Of a stretch of DNA of 64,000 nucleotides, positions 27,805 to 41,256 are shown one piece after another. Position numbers and translations under genes: made by a program. The number at the start of each line of letters is the position of its first letter. Position 1 is the first letter of the stretch. Location: the NCBI GenBank assembly GCA_030141605.1, contig JAQGDQ010000235.1, positions 124,001 through 188,000 on the forward strand, in the 5' to 3' direction. This DNA is from Tubiluchus corallicola (Eukaryota > Animalia > Priapulida). The notes below the pieces were generated by a model. The model was not told the origin of the DNA, did no database searches, and worked only from the letters and a program-made list of their open reading frames with translations.

Positions 27805-28259
27805 CCGTATTTTCCCGTGTATAAGAGACCCTTTTTTGCTCAGAATTTTCACTTTAAAAATAGGGGGTCTCTTATACATGGGAGTAAGTCTTTTCAATAA
27901 GATGCATAAATTGTGACACTAATGATTTTAAAGAAATAAGTGCTCTACAACTGTTTTGCGTGTCGCGTTCGACTATGAAGCGGTTGTAAGCAATACAAGC
28001 ATCGTGACACAGGCATTATCTCCTCGTTTTCTCTTTCCCTGTTACAGGTTTGCAGGTACGCACTTTAATATATACCAGTACTCTTTTTCTACAACACATT
28101 AACTGGTTTTATTTTGTTTTCAGTACCGCACTGAGTTGAAAAAAGTTGTACTTTACCCTCTAAAAATGTCCGTCTGAAAAAACTTTTTTCCAGAATTTTT
28201 GCCTAAAAATTGAAGGGGTCTCTTATACACAAGGGTCTCTTATACACGGGAAAATACGG
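27805..28259. mobile_element. Tc1/mariner (Tc2/pogo-like) MITE
   Basis: Perfect 27-bp TIR ccgtattttcccgtgtataagagaccc with TA on both sides. Internal repeats of gggtctcttatac. Confidence 0.92.
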
Positions 28260-28779
28260 TAGCTGACTTACTACTTTCCTCTATTTTCACAATTTGAATA
28301 CCCTGCCTGAACTTTGACAAATGTGTGTAAAAATTATTTTTGTTTTGTCTTATCCCTTTTTCTGAAATTAATATAAAAAGTAGCCGTAAATAACTATGGA
28401 ACCTATCAAACTGGCTTATTTAGGATATTGCAGCAATGATCAGGCTGAAATAACAACAACAAAATAGTTACATATAATACTGCCATACCTAAATATAGCC
28501 TAAGTGCAAATATAAATGTTTCAAATTGTACTAATTTAAGTAATGTTCCCTTAATCACAAAAGCAAAACTGCAAATAAAATACCGTTCTTAATGTTAATC
28601 ATCTGCCTGATACTGCATTAAGTTCTTATTGTTAAATGTGTTTAAAAATTGCCTCCCTGTAGACAGCAATACGGGTACTCTTCACATGCTGAAATCTTCG
28701 AGATCACATTTTGTCAGGAAAACAGCCTGAGCCTTCCCAAAATTAGCAGTCAGCTGAATTAGGATTTTATTTGTATGCA

Positions 28780-30115
28780 GTTGAGAAATCTAAACTTTCA
28801 ATGAAAGATGGAGAAATTTTATGACAGACAGATGGTAACCTAATTAGCCAAAAACTGATGGTGCTTGAGAAAGTGTTGAAATTAGTTCATGACAGCCCCC
28901 TTTTCTGGACACTTTGGAGCTCGTCTTACAATTCATAATTTGACTAAATTGTATTATTGGTGTAATTTGAAAAAAGATATCAGATAGTACATCAAGTCTG
29001 CTTTAGTTGCATTTGTGTGAATCGTAATGCACAGCCAGTGAGAGAATCGCGAGGCACCATTGAAGTTTTTGGAGATAAGTTTGAGCAGATCAGTGATGAT
29101 GTATTGATGCTCAACCGGAATTCTTGAGGTCAACAGTACTTTTTAGTCGTAACCGTTCTTCTGCAAACATGGGGGAAGCTATTTCTGCCAGCCCACCACA
29201 ACAGACAGCATTGCCGAGTATTAAATTGGGTTCTTCGAACCAATTAAAGGTCCGAATCAATCATTCTACTTAACAGTCAAGGTGCACTTTGAAGCGGAGT
29301 TGGTAAAGAAACTTTATGAGAGACTATGAATCGAAAAGCTTTGCACATCACCCCATAGACCTCAGACAAACGGGCAGTGTAAGAGTAAATTCTACCATTT
29401 GAGAAGCCCTGTCACACTATGTAAACAATGCCAAAGATGACTGGCATATGTTCTCACCGATGATTGTGGGTATATAGCCTGTATGAACTAGTATTCGGAA
29501 AACTAGCCAGACAGCCGTTGGCGAGCGAAATAATTGTAAATGAAGGTTAAGAATCATCTGTAGTAACTCACTTCAAGAGCTATAATGTAAAGCTGACAGA
29601 AAACTTGGTTGCCACATGGGAAAAAGCCAAGCAGCATATTCGTGACTATCAGAATTGGCTGAGAGCTCAAAGCCAGCCGCATGGGTCCTTTAGTGAAGGT
29701 GATTTGGTAGCAAATCTAGGGGCTCAAAATCTCGCAGTAGTGCCAAGAGGAAGCTTTCTCGTTCTTTGAAGGCCCATTTCGTGTTGTGGAAGCTCGTCCA
29801 CCTGATTTCCATGTGTGCAGACCAAATGCACAATGTGGATTTATGGTCATAATCTGACACAAAGCTAGACTTTAAGCGAAGATCAGTTGACGATCACCTG
29901 TTGGAATCTGTAAATTTGTGTGCAGATGATGTCAGTGAAGAAGTTCAATCTGTAGTGAGTGGTATAAACAGTAGTGATTTCAATTTTAGTGATTGAGTTG
30001 GAGCTTGATATTCCTGTAGAATCTATGGTTGTGGAGAATTGACCAGATGTACATTCTCGACTAAGTCGACCCAAAAGACCTCTTGTTAAATTCCAAGAAT
30101 ATGTAAAGGAGTAAT
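28780..30115 (+). mobile_element. Decayed Gypsy-type integrase remnant
   Basis: KVLKLVHDSP..GHFG...LYYWCNLKKDI..YIKS, QGAxFEAELVK, TSPHRPQTNGQC, HYVNNAKDDWH and FEGPFRVV, with many frameshifts. Confidence 0.75.
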
Positions 30116-32789
30116 TCAATATGGATTTGTTGTGAAAAATTTTGTTGATTTGTGTTTTCGCACTTACATGACATTGTTTTAAGTTTGGAAGGTTTAGTTT
30201 AATATGCGTATTCGAACTTACATAGTCTTGTTTTGAAATTCAAGTTGCAATACTTTTTTTCATATTTATGTAATTTAACTGCTAAAAATTTCTTATATAT
30301 TAGTGATGTTGAACAGTGTCTAGTTACTGAATAGGCAGGATTTTTTCTTGGTGGCAGTATGTTAAACAGAATACTTTATTCGGAATAGTCAGAATCAGTA
30401 ACTTTTCAGTCTCGTTTAAGCTTCAAACTGGATAACTATAGCAATTATGGTTTTGTAAGACTCGATAAATGTTGTAGATTTGCATTAGGCCTATATGTTG
30501 CAATGAGTAGGTTGTATTGTGTTGATGCCTCTGTATAGGTGTTTGTCTCTAACATACAGTATAACGTAGTAATCCAGTCCCCTATAAAACAGTGCGCTAA
30601 AGTGCGTGCAAAAGACAGCTGGCAGAAACCAGTTTGAAGCCAGGTATGTGCACAAATCCAAATGCTAGTTAGACCAAATGTACACTACAAATTTAAAAAA
30701 ATGCATTTACAATAGAATTACAAAATCTATTGTTAATAGAATTAAGTTAACAACAAAAGCTAGATATACATTTAAATATTCTACCTTCGGTATCACTTCA
30801 ACCTACATCTGCCTTGTAAAATGTCTATGACTGTATTTGGGATTACTTTTGTTATACAAAACAGGTCTAATCTCCACAGTGTGGACGATTTGTTCGTCAT
30901 CAATTATGAAAATGTACTTGACCGACTGCACAAAAAAGTTTTGGCAATTAATTGTCTTTCTGTGTGGACGCAGTGGAAACGGCAAACACGGAAAACTGAT
31001 TTGCAGTTGTGCGCTATACTTCGAAAGTTTTCCATATGAATCGTGCATAAAAAAGTTCGTGCCCGTGCGGTGCACCTGTACCATTTATGTGGAAGCTCGC
31101 CCTAAGGTGTTTTACATTCCACTGCTAGGTAGCATTACTGACTTTCTCTCCCCTCCCCTCTCCCCTGGTGTATGCAGTGAACAAAATGTTTTTATTGCAG
31201 TTTTGGACACTAGATTATATAGCCTTTTAAAGGTTGCTAGGGTGTAAGCATGACCATTTCTTCCAAAACAGATAAAGTACATATTCCTTGACAATTTTGA
31301 GGCCAAATATATGATACATACAGAAAACATTGAAATGCCAGAGTTTTTGATGTTGCTAAAATTTTGGCCTACCCGGGGTCACCCAAAGGTCAGCAACAGA
31401 GAATGTCTCAATCATATCTAGTAATATATCAAAATAAACCTTGGGGTGAGGTAGGTTTGGCACTAAGAAAAGTTGACCCACCTTTAGGTTGCCTAAAGGT
31501 CATCTAGAAGTTATCTCTCAAACATGATTTGTAATATATCAAATTAAAGCTTAGGGCGAGATGGGTTTGGTACTGCCATATTTTAACCCAGTTGGTATTA
31601 CCTAAAAGGCATCTAAAAGGAATGTTTCAATACGGAATGTGTTGGTTGGAAATATAAAATTAATGTCAAAATTTAGAACTTCAAACAAGAGTACATTTCA
31701 TTGGCATTTGCTGACCAGTGTGTATTTCTGTAATGCATTTTTATGACTTTTTTGTATTACTAGAGTTGTTTTGTACTATTGAATAATTTCACTTCAGAAC
31801 CTCTTGGAATCTCATTATATCAGTTTTGGAACAAATACAACTTACAGAAACCATTATAATATAGCAGTTCTTGACACTGCAAAATTTTGCCTCAGGCAGG
31901 GTTACCACGATGTTACACGTAATATTATACAATTTTTCTTCAGGGGGACCAACACCATCACAGTCTTGTTAAAACATATAATAATGCTGAATCTTACTTT
32001 AATAAAATAATGAATAATACAAGTGGCGGTTTTAAGTTATTTTTATATAATTTTCTATAGTGTATGTGTGGTGTGTGTTCCTAATTTTGATAGTAAATGC
32101 TTGATTGGCTTGCATTGCTGTATGTGTTCTTTCATTTCATCATCTCCTCGCCCCTGTCACTTAAAATGGTTTGTACTTACCTGTTGGAGTGCTTCGTTTG
32201 CTTATGCAGAAAAAGCATTACCTGTTGATAATTTTCACTGATACAGACGTTCGTTGTTGGTCTGACCAGTGGGCATGTTCCAGCATACCTGTAGTTAACG
32301 TATTTGTCTGGAAAGGCTGATACACGATCTACGATGTAAATTCTTTACCATGGAGAGCTGAGCTAAGTGTTGTTTTTGCAAAAAGGACAGTGTTCCTGTT
32401 ATATAGTCTGTCTTTGTCAGTCTCGTAGCTGTTCATGGTCTGATGGTCTGGTCAAGCCACGAAAGTGTGATGTTTTTCCATTCCAGTCAGCTGTTGGTAC
32501 ATTGCTGTTGTAGACTACAAGAGGGTTGCTGGAAGCTGTTGGTTAGCTGTCGTCATCTGCATTGCTGGCGTCAGTGTAGTCATTGTAGGAGGAGGATCGT
32601 TGTATTGTGCACAATATCTTCATGAACAGTCAGATAAATTATGCGCGATCATTTTCTTATCCTTGTCTTTCCTTGAGCGTTTTCACAGCAAGCAATTAGT
32701 AGTAATTTTGAACTCTTACTGCTGTCTTGTTGTTGAACTATTGTCTTTTGTAATAATTATAGCTTTAAAATTTATCTTGTTTCATCTTG

Positions 32790-34734
32790 TTTTAAAATAT
32801 ATGTAGTATATTTTCCTGATCACTATATAAAGATTAGGAAGCCAATAGCCCTCAAAACGTTACAATGGTGGCAGTGTTTTAGGAGAAATCTGCTCTCTAG
32901 TTTTTCTTAGGTGTTTGGTGTAAGCTGGTTCATGTTGCTAACTTATATTATATTTTCGTCAGATAATTATTTCCCTTAACCTGATACTTTCTCTTTGGTG
33001 TAAAGAAGCCAGGTTATTTAAATTGTGATGGCCGTTCGTAAGCAGAAATGTACCTGTCTTGAGCTATTTTCGTAGACATGGAGAGCACACAGTAATTCAA
33101 CAGCTAGTTTTGAGCTGTAATATTTTTATAGGAGTGTTTTTACGTTAATATTGGTTTTGATTTTCTGGTAGCTGCCTACACCTGTATACAGTTTAAATTC
33201 AAGAGTAGAATTTTTTTGCAACTAGCAGAAGCACTTTACTAAACAGCGTTGTATGCACTTTGCTGAGAAATAACGGAACTCTTGTACAGACTGAAAACTG
33301 TGTACAATAACAAATTTAAATGATTTGGTTCATGCAGAGTTTTAACACAGCTGCTTAAAGCAAATTACCTTAAACACAAATCAAGTGCAAACTAGTACAG
33401 GTGGTCCACATTTCGTCTTCTAAAAAACTTTTACGGGGTAGTCACATTTTAGCAGTATTAGGTGGTTTGAAGAAACCAAAAAACTTGAAATTTAGTTTTA
33501 AGATTTTATTCTGGAATGCCTACATAAACAGTGAAGTAGTGTCATGTTGAAAAACAGAAAACCAAGTGCCAGAACTACAGGTGAAATCATTTAGGTGTGA
33601 AAACAGGTTTAGAGATTATGCATTCATAAACACTGTAGAAGCCAATGGAAATTTAAACAGTAAAGAGAAAGATTTAACAATTTTAACAAGAACACCTGAA
33701 GGTGGCAGCACTATCCAAAAGTCAAAAAAGTATGATGACAATACAACATAAATTTAAATTTAGAGTAATTAAAATGATTTTCTTCTGTCCACCAGGTTTG
33801 TACAGGGCGGTCCAGAAATTTGATATGCAAATAAACACAGCTAATACTGGAAAATTTAAAAATTCTACTGAACAAATTTAATTATCATAGTACAGGGTGG
33901 CTCGAAAATTTAAATACATAAATTTAAACTGATACAAGATGGAAAAAATTCACAAAATTTGTTTGCATTTGGAACATAAGGTACAAGTATAAATATGTTA
34001 GGGGAAATAATACAACACACATTGGAAGATTTGTCTAGTTTTACAAAATCTTAATTACGAGAAATATTAAAGGAATATGGGGAACTTCCACAAAAAAAGA
34101 TGACATGATACATTGCATTTTGGGGCATCAAACTACAGAGAATGTGATTGACACTATGAATGATCATGTTTTACCCAACAATGCACCTATTCGCCAAATT
34201 TAAATGTTGGTGAACAAGGTGCAACAGACAGTAAAGATGAATCTACTGTTGTATCTGGGCAATCAGTTTGGAGTAAGGTGTTGAAACCAGAAGTTTTAGC
34301 TCTAAACACTAATGTTTTGGAGAGTATCCCTCATCAGAGTGGGGGTATGCAATCCCAGATTCAGGGTGATTTGGGGGAAGTCACAATTATGCCAGTTGCA
34401 AACTGACTCCTGCTGAGTGCAACTACAGTGCAGTTGAAATAGAGCTGCTTGCAATAATTTTTTTTGCACTGAAAAATTGAAATTTTATCTTGAAGCAGCT
34501 ACTTTCGTATTGAGAAGGGATCAGCGTTCCCTATTGGCTTTGCCGAAAATCAAAAGAAATAACAATCGTAGGTTATGTAGATGGAGCCTTATTTTGAGCG
34601 AATATTTATGTTTCATCTTGTGTTTCAACTGAATAGCCTTAAAAAACAGCAGACGAACCTGTAAATATACATGTAGTATATTTTCCTGATCATTATATAA
34701 AGATTAGGAGTGCAATAGCCCTCGGCAAGTTACA
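32790..34734 (+). mobile_element. Internally deleted Gypsy LTR element remnant
   Basis: Direct repeat LTR ends atgtagtatattttcctgatca...gttaca at 32801-32864 and 34671-34734. PBS-like tggtggcag at 32866. RNase H remnant YSAVEIELLAII...RRLCRWSLILSEY at 34400-34610. The left LTR probably extends further upstream. Confidence 0.7.
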
Positions 34735-36854
34735 CATTACAGGCCTGAAGGCAGGTTTAATTTTGCAAATCTGGAACTCATTAATCCAGTTTACACTGTT
34801 TGTGATGGGAAAAACTGATTTGGGTTACAGACAATTTAGTTTGCGACCAGGCTCCTCATAGGAATTAAATTTTGACGGAGGTTTGACTGTAATTACACTC
34901 TTGGCACTCCCTACTTAGTGGTATTGCAAACTTGGAAATCCAATTCAAAATAAGAGCTGTTTTAAAATGATGTTTTAAGAATTTATTTTTTGGAAACTGA
35001 TTTTCTTTTGAATTTTTTGTTGTACAAGTACAGTGGGGGATTATGTTACATTTGTTTTTATGGCCCTTGTCTGTACATAATTTTCTGTGGTTACTACTTT
35101 AGTGTAACTTCGACATTCTCAACCAGGCTTATATCAATCGAAAGTCTCATGATGGTTTATTTTTGAGTTTGGCCCGTAGGAGAAATAGGGCAAAACGACA
35201 AAAGTGGGGCTTTTAGTTTCACAAAACTTAGAATATTTATTTGAGAGAACATGACAGCCTTAGAAGCAGAGCCAGTTTATGGCGAACCAATTCAGCTTTC
35301 AAGGGAAGTTGCGGAAAAGCTTCAACTCTTTCAGTGCGAATGACTGTGATGCGTTACCATTTCGGGGCATTTTCGGTTAGGAACTATTAAGCACGTATCC
35401 TTGTTGTGATGTCATCAACTATTCTTGTCATCAATTACAGTAAACAGACACGGTGGAATGTACACAACTTATTGATTACAATACAGTTTATTTTTATAAG
35501 CTATGTTTATTTTACGAACATATTATGTACAATATATACTAATGTTATTACAGTTGATTGTACATGTAGCTATTAAGTGTTTTAAGTGGGAGTTACACGC
35601 CTAAATCGGGGCCCAAAGCGTCATTTCTGAGCTTCACCGCGAGTGACTAAATGGGTCACACCGAACCATCCCACATATTGGCTTCGTTCATTATAGTTTG
35701 ATTAAGTCTTGAGTATTTAATATTTTTGTCTTTTTGTTGATTTTGCTATTAGCTTGTGACTCTGCTTCTTGGTTTTCTGTCACTTTACTAAGTTTTTGTT
35801 ATTCTCTCTAAGTGGCTTCTTTAATTATTTTATATTTAAGCTGTGTATATTTTCAGTTTCTTGTCTTTGCGTTAGTCAGCACTGATCGTAACTATAAATA
35901 GGATATTTGTTAGTTAGAATGCTTTGCATAATTATATATATATATATATATTTCAACAATATTTTTGGTTATTTTGACTTACTTTTGGGTATTGTGTTGC
36001 TACAGTGCTAGCTCTGATTTTCTAGCTTTTTTCAAGTTATTTACGTGTTTGCATTATTGTTGTTGTGATATAATGTAATGTGTTAATGAATGCTAGTCAT
36101 ATATATTTCGTTCGCAACATTTAGTGTTTCATTTTTGTAGCACTGTTTGAACCACAGAGAGGAAGTCTTCAACCAGTACACGCTCTCCCTCTTATTATCC
36201 TGACTGAGCCAAAATTAAAAATCCAACCATCCCACTACACTTCTAACTTAAAACTGTATGGTCACATTCACATGTTACTGTCAGCACAGTAAGACTGTTT
36301 GTGAGCAAAATGTTTTGCTTTAAGCTTGCATTATTACATCATTTATTTGTCTCACAACTAAAAGATACATACAGAACAATCAGTACCATGTACAAACAAG
36401 CTTGATGAGTGTGCCAAGCGTAGCAGCAAAGAATCCAGTCTCCCAACTGCAAGAATTATCTGACTTCCAAACAAGTAGGCAATGTAAAGAAACATTTGTG
36501 AATTCGGGTAAAATAAATATATAAAATCAAGACTAAATAATACAAAATATTCACAGATAGGCTACATGCAATAAATACAATTAATTGTAATGAAAAAGGA
36601 AGCAACTGTGAGATGTAAGATTGTATATTTTTTATGCATAATGTGCCATCTACATAAATATGTGTGTGTGTGTGTGTGCGCGTGTGCGTGCGTGCATGTA
36701 TATTTTGGCAAATTTGTTTTCGCAATATACATTTCCTAAGAATAGTTTTGTTAAAAAATTAGTTTCTTTTAGTTATTTGCCAGAACTATATGTATATATA
36801 TTTGCACATCGTTATACTTTTCTTAATGTTGCTAATTGAAGAAATTTTTCTTAG

Positions 36855-36995
36855 ATGGATCTTACCATTGTCGTGGCAGTCGGGCATTTATTGACCCAGA
36901 AACTAAAGAAGCAATGATTTGTTCTCCCTCATGTCCTCAAGATTATTTCTGTAATCAAGAGCTCATGGATGCACCAGCTTTATGCTGCCCTATAG
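36855..36995 (+). CDS. Host gene exon: Lustrin/WR1-like cysteine-rich repeat
   Basis: ttcttag|at...atag|gtacaa, 141 bp, phase 1-1. Translates as YHCRGSRAFIDPETKEAMICSPSCPQDYFCNQELMDAPALCCPI. Confidence 0.85.
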
Positions 36996-37398
36996 GTACA
37001 ATTTTTATTTATTCTGTATTTTTCAGATAGTGATTTTTCATGCTCTTAGTCTTTATTCCAATATTCAGTGTGCTGTACATGTGTTTTGCTTGGTTTGTAT
37101 ATATAAATGACTAACACACGCTTTATTTCACTAGCTACATAGTGAAATTTTTCTTTTAGTTAGCAGTTAGCTAATGTCTTGTATTGTAATGTATGTGAGT
37201 CCTTACTTTTCTGGCATAGCTATGATGTCTACTTTGCCCTAGTAATTAGTCATGCCATATATATATTTCCCTTTTTTGCTGTATGAGATGCTTTTTTTCC
37301 AGCAAAATCATGATAAAAACCTTCTTTTATGCTGTTGGTAGATACCTAATATGTACACCTTTTATTTTTACACTTATTATAATGAAACATATTAAAGA

Positions 37399-40300
37399 CA
37401 GTGGCGTCGTGCCATAGGGGCCCGGGGGGGCCCGGGCCCCCCCCAATTTTTTTAGAAAATGTCAAAAATTTGAAGGGCGTCAGCAGCTCGTAATGAGACC
37501 GGTAAGCAAATTTATTTCCGACTTTTTGACACGCGGCCAGCGCTCCATAAATGCGAACAGTATGAGCATGAGTATGTGTTTACCTGAAAGTCAGGATGTA
37601 GTTAATTTGTTTGCCTGTAATCTATCTATTCAGGAGGCAGGCAGGAACAGTTAACAAAGCAGCTCGTTTAGTAGCATTAGCGTCTTTGCACAAAAGACTG
37701 TTAGTTAACAAAACGGCTCAGTTAGCACTCGAGCTTCGTTCAGCAGTGTGTTATAATAGAGAATAAGTGAAATAATAGAGCAAAAACAATGCAAACATTG
37801 AAGTCATGTTGAGCTTGCCTAGTACCAGAGAGTCAGTTTGATCAGCTAGCCTAGTACCAGAGAGTCGGTTTGGGAGATACCAATTGATGATCCATGGCTC
37901 AGCCACCTCCTGATTGGACATTAACGACTCTTTGCTACTCCTTAGTGACTCTTTCCCACGAGTTTGCTGCATAAAAGGGCGTGATTTTGAGCACATTTCT
38001 TCATTTTTCTGCTGCTAGGAAAATCTTTGCTAGTTTTCGCTGCAATTTTAGCTATTTCTTAAACGATGTCGAGACAGTCCAATCTGACTTCATTTTTCAA
38101 ATCCAACCGTGTTCCCGACCCAGGTTCTACGGCGTCTGTATCTACTGTAACGTCGATTCCAACAGAACGAATCCAAAAGGATGAGTACATCCGTCGCGGG
38201 CCATTGCGGGACGTAGTGGATGCATACCCAAAGACCAAAATGGGAGGAAATCGAAATCATTTCAGGGTCAGTGGTTCAACGATAGGTCATGGTTGGAATA
38301 CGTAAAGGATATTGATGCTGCATTCTGTTTCCCGTGTCGTGTGTTTGGCGCATCGACTTACGACGTGACGTTTCAGAAGACAGGATTCAGAAATTGGCAT
38401 CGAGCGTTGGAAAGTAATAAGGGCTTCGACAAACACTCTAAATCTGCGGAGCACCAAGCCTGCATGCAGTCTTGGCAAGCATTTTTGACGAAACCCCCCA
38501 TCGACGCAGTATTAGATGCAGAGAGGAAGAGGCTCTTGGAGTTGGGCGACTCTGATCGGCAGAGACGACACGACATTCTCCCTATACTTGTGGATGTTAC
38601 TAAGACGCTAGCAAGACTCCGATTACCATTCCGCGGTCACGACGAGTCTGAAGATTCTAATAATAAAGGAGTGTTCATGGAGATCACAAATCTTCTCTCT
38701 CGATGGAACCCTGACCTGGCTACACACCTCGCCAAGTCAAGTGCCAATCCAAAGGGATACCCCAGCTACACGTCTCCCAGTTCTCAGAACGATTTGATTA
38801 AGTGCAGCGCTGATGTGATCCGTTCTGGAATTATCAAGGACGTAAAGGCAGCCAAGTATTTCGCCGTGTGCTTGGACACTACACCAGACACGAGCAAGCA
38901 AGATCAACTCTCAGTCATTCTCCGTTATGTCGATAAAAGTGGAGGCGTGCACGAAGATTTTTTAGACCTTGTCCATTCTGAGGACATGACTGCTGCAGGA
39001 CTGTTCAACGATCTACAGAAGGTTCTTGAAGCACATGGGCTCGAGATGACAAATATCCGAGGACAAGGATACGACGGCTGCTCAACGATGTCAGGCATTT
39101 ACTCTGGGGTACAGACTCGAGTCCGGAACATTTCCAAATCCGCATTCTTCGTTCACTGTTTCGCACACAGACTTAATCTTGTCATTGTGGACACGTGTTC
39201 ACGAAACATCATCATTCGAAACTTCTTTGGTGTAGTTGAATCCCTCTACAATTTCATCGAAGGATCCACAAAACGACACGCGGCATTTGCGAAAATCCGA
39301 GATGATATTCTACAGCTCGAATCGAATGAACACAACAAAGCATCCAAGACTCTGCACCCGCTTTCAGCAACTCGGTGGTCATCTCGCGTCGACAACTGCA
39401 AGACTCTTAAGGACAATCTGACTGGTGTAGTCATGACATTGGAATCCTTTAGCGAAAATCGATCATATGATCGAAAAACTGCTGGAGAGGCGTTCTCCCT
39501 CCTAAAATCAATAAATTATGAATTTTGTCTGTGTTTAGCAATCATGACTGATCTGCTGGGAATGTCACAGATTGTTTCCAAAGCACTCCAGAGCAAAGAA
39601 CTCAATGTGCCCTCAGCAGTGCTTCTCATCCAAGCCTTAATTAAAGAGACTGCAGCAAAGCGAACGGTGAATGACTTCGAAAAGTACTGGAAGATTGCAC
39701 AAGAAATAGCTGAGAGCATTGGGGTGGAGTACAGTGAGCCACGTCGTCGCAAAGTCTCGAAAAGAATTGACGAGTACTGGCAAACAGAGGCAACGCAAAC
39801 CGGTGTTGATTCTCTCCGAACAGCTCTGTTCTATGAGACCATCGACCTGATGACAAGTGCATTGAACTCTAGATTTGGTTCTGATGTCATTCCGTTGCTA
39901 CTGTCAACTGACTGTCTGATCAACCCATCAACATCACCTGCAAAGATGGAGAAAGTCAAAACTCTTTGCACTTTCTACATGGCTGATCTCGATGAAGAAA
40001 CCCTCGAGTTGGAGTACCGCTTGTTCACTCATGCTGTCACTGCAGACTCTGTTCCTGAACATGTCAACACAAACTGCATTCACTCAATATACTGTTATAT
40101 GACTTCTTCTGGACTGGACAAACTTTTCCCAATGATCTCCATCGCATACCAGTTGATTCTGACTCTGCCCATTACATCTTGCTCTTGTGAGAGATCCTTT
40201 TCTGCTCTTAAATTTGTCAAGAATGCTCTCCGCAGTACAATGAGTCAGACGCGACTGAGTGACCTGATGATCCTTGCAGTTGAGGCTGAGAAAACAAAGA

Positions 40301-40597
40301 ATATGGACTTGAAGTCTGTGGTTGAGCTCTTCTGGAGTGATTTTCTGCGTCGGATTCCTGACAGCTGATAAATACTTAATTAAATTTTAATTTAATTTTT
40401 AATTTTAATTAAGTTTCCGTTGCTATAGCTTTAAGTTAAATGCCATGTTAAATAAATCGTTTTTCTTGCACGCAAAATACTGTTTATTTTTTTTCAAAAT
40501 TAAATTTTCAAAATTTAAAATTAAAATTTAAACAGTTAAAATCCGTCATTATAGTCGGGCCCCCCCCCCCAATTTTTTTGGGTGCACGACGCCCCTG
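37399..40597 (+). mobile_element. hAT DNA transposon (Tip100/ZMYM1-like), full length
   Basis: TIRs cagtggcgtcgtgc / gcacgacgcccctg (one mismatch). Perfect 8-bp TSD attaaaga at 37391-37398 and 40598-40605. Confidence 0.96.
38066..40368 (+). CDS. hAT transposase (TTF-type Zn finger, DUF4371-like DDE core, C-terminal dimerisation domain) with one frameshift near 38255
   Basis: MSRQSNLTSFFK start, then in another frame FQGQWF..RSWLEY..DAAFCFPC, FRGHDES, LDTTPD.SKQDQ, GQGYDG, HCFAHRLNL, TRWSSR, SCERSFSALK. Confidence 0.92.
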
Positions 40598-40782
40598 ATT
40601 AAAGACGAATAACACACTAACCTTTTTATCACACAATAATTTTTTTAAACAAATTTAAATATTTCTCTTACCGGTGAACTTAGTCGGTTCTTCTGCCATT
40701 TTTTAAATGCCACAAGTGTGAGCAACAGAACTAGCGATGCGTGAGAGCAAAATTGAGTATTAAACTATTAAAAATTAGAGGC

Positions 40783-41173
40783 TGTTGTTACAGCAAAACA
40801 CAAGAGTTCCTTTCATTTTGTGTTCACTGCCGTCTTTATTTTCTAAAGTTGTAAACAAAACAATACATAAAATCTGCAGAATGCAATTTGAACAAAAAAC
40901 ACAGAAGTTCAACAAAAAAATTACACAGAAAATTGCTATGTATTAAATATACAAAAAACACTCACTTCGTACGGCCAAAGAGCGCACACCGTTTATGGCT
41001 GAAGCATAAAACCAATTCCTTACATCAAAATTGCACTATCGACATTACAACACATTGCATTATTCACAAAACCAGACAACTCTGCTCGCAATTCCCACCC
41101 GTCCCCTTCAGTTTTTGGCTCCCTCATGTGGGAAAAAGAAAAAACAAATTATATGGGCTATTTGCCCATAGCA
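40783..41173 (-). repeat. BEL-2 3' LTR
   Basis: Direct repeat of 61508-61898. Confidence 0.96.
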
Positions 41174-41256
41174 CCCCCACCTCAAATGGCGCATTGTGCC
41201 ATTTCCTAAGTAAAGGGTCAAGGGTCAACTCTATTAAATACTACAAAGTGTTGATC

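Noticed and set aside
35857-35930. Possible dead Kazal pseudo-exon (tttcag|..SCLC...STDRNYK*DIC*LECFA)
   Set aside because: It needs a frameshift and several stops and has no donor site. The resemblance could be chance in AT-rich DNA.
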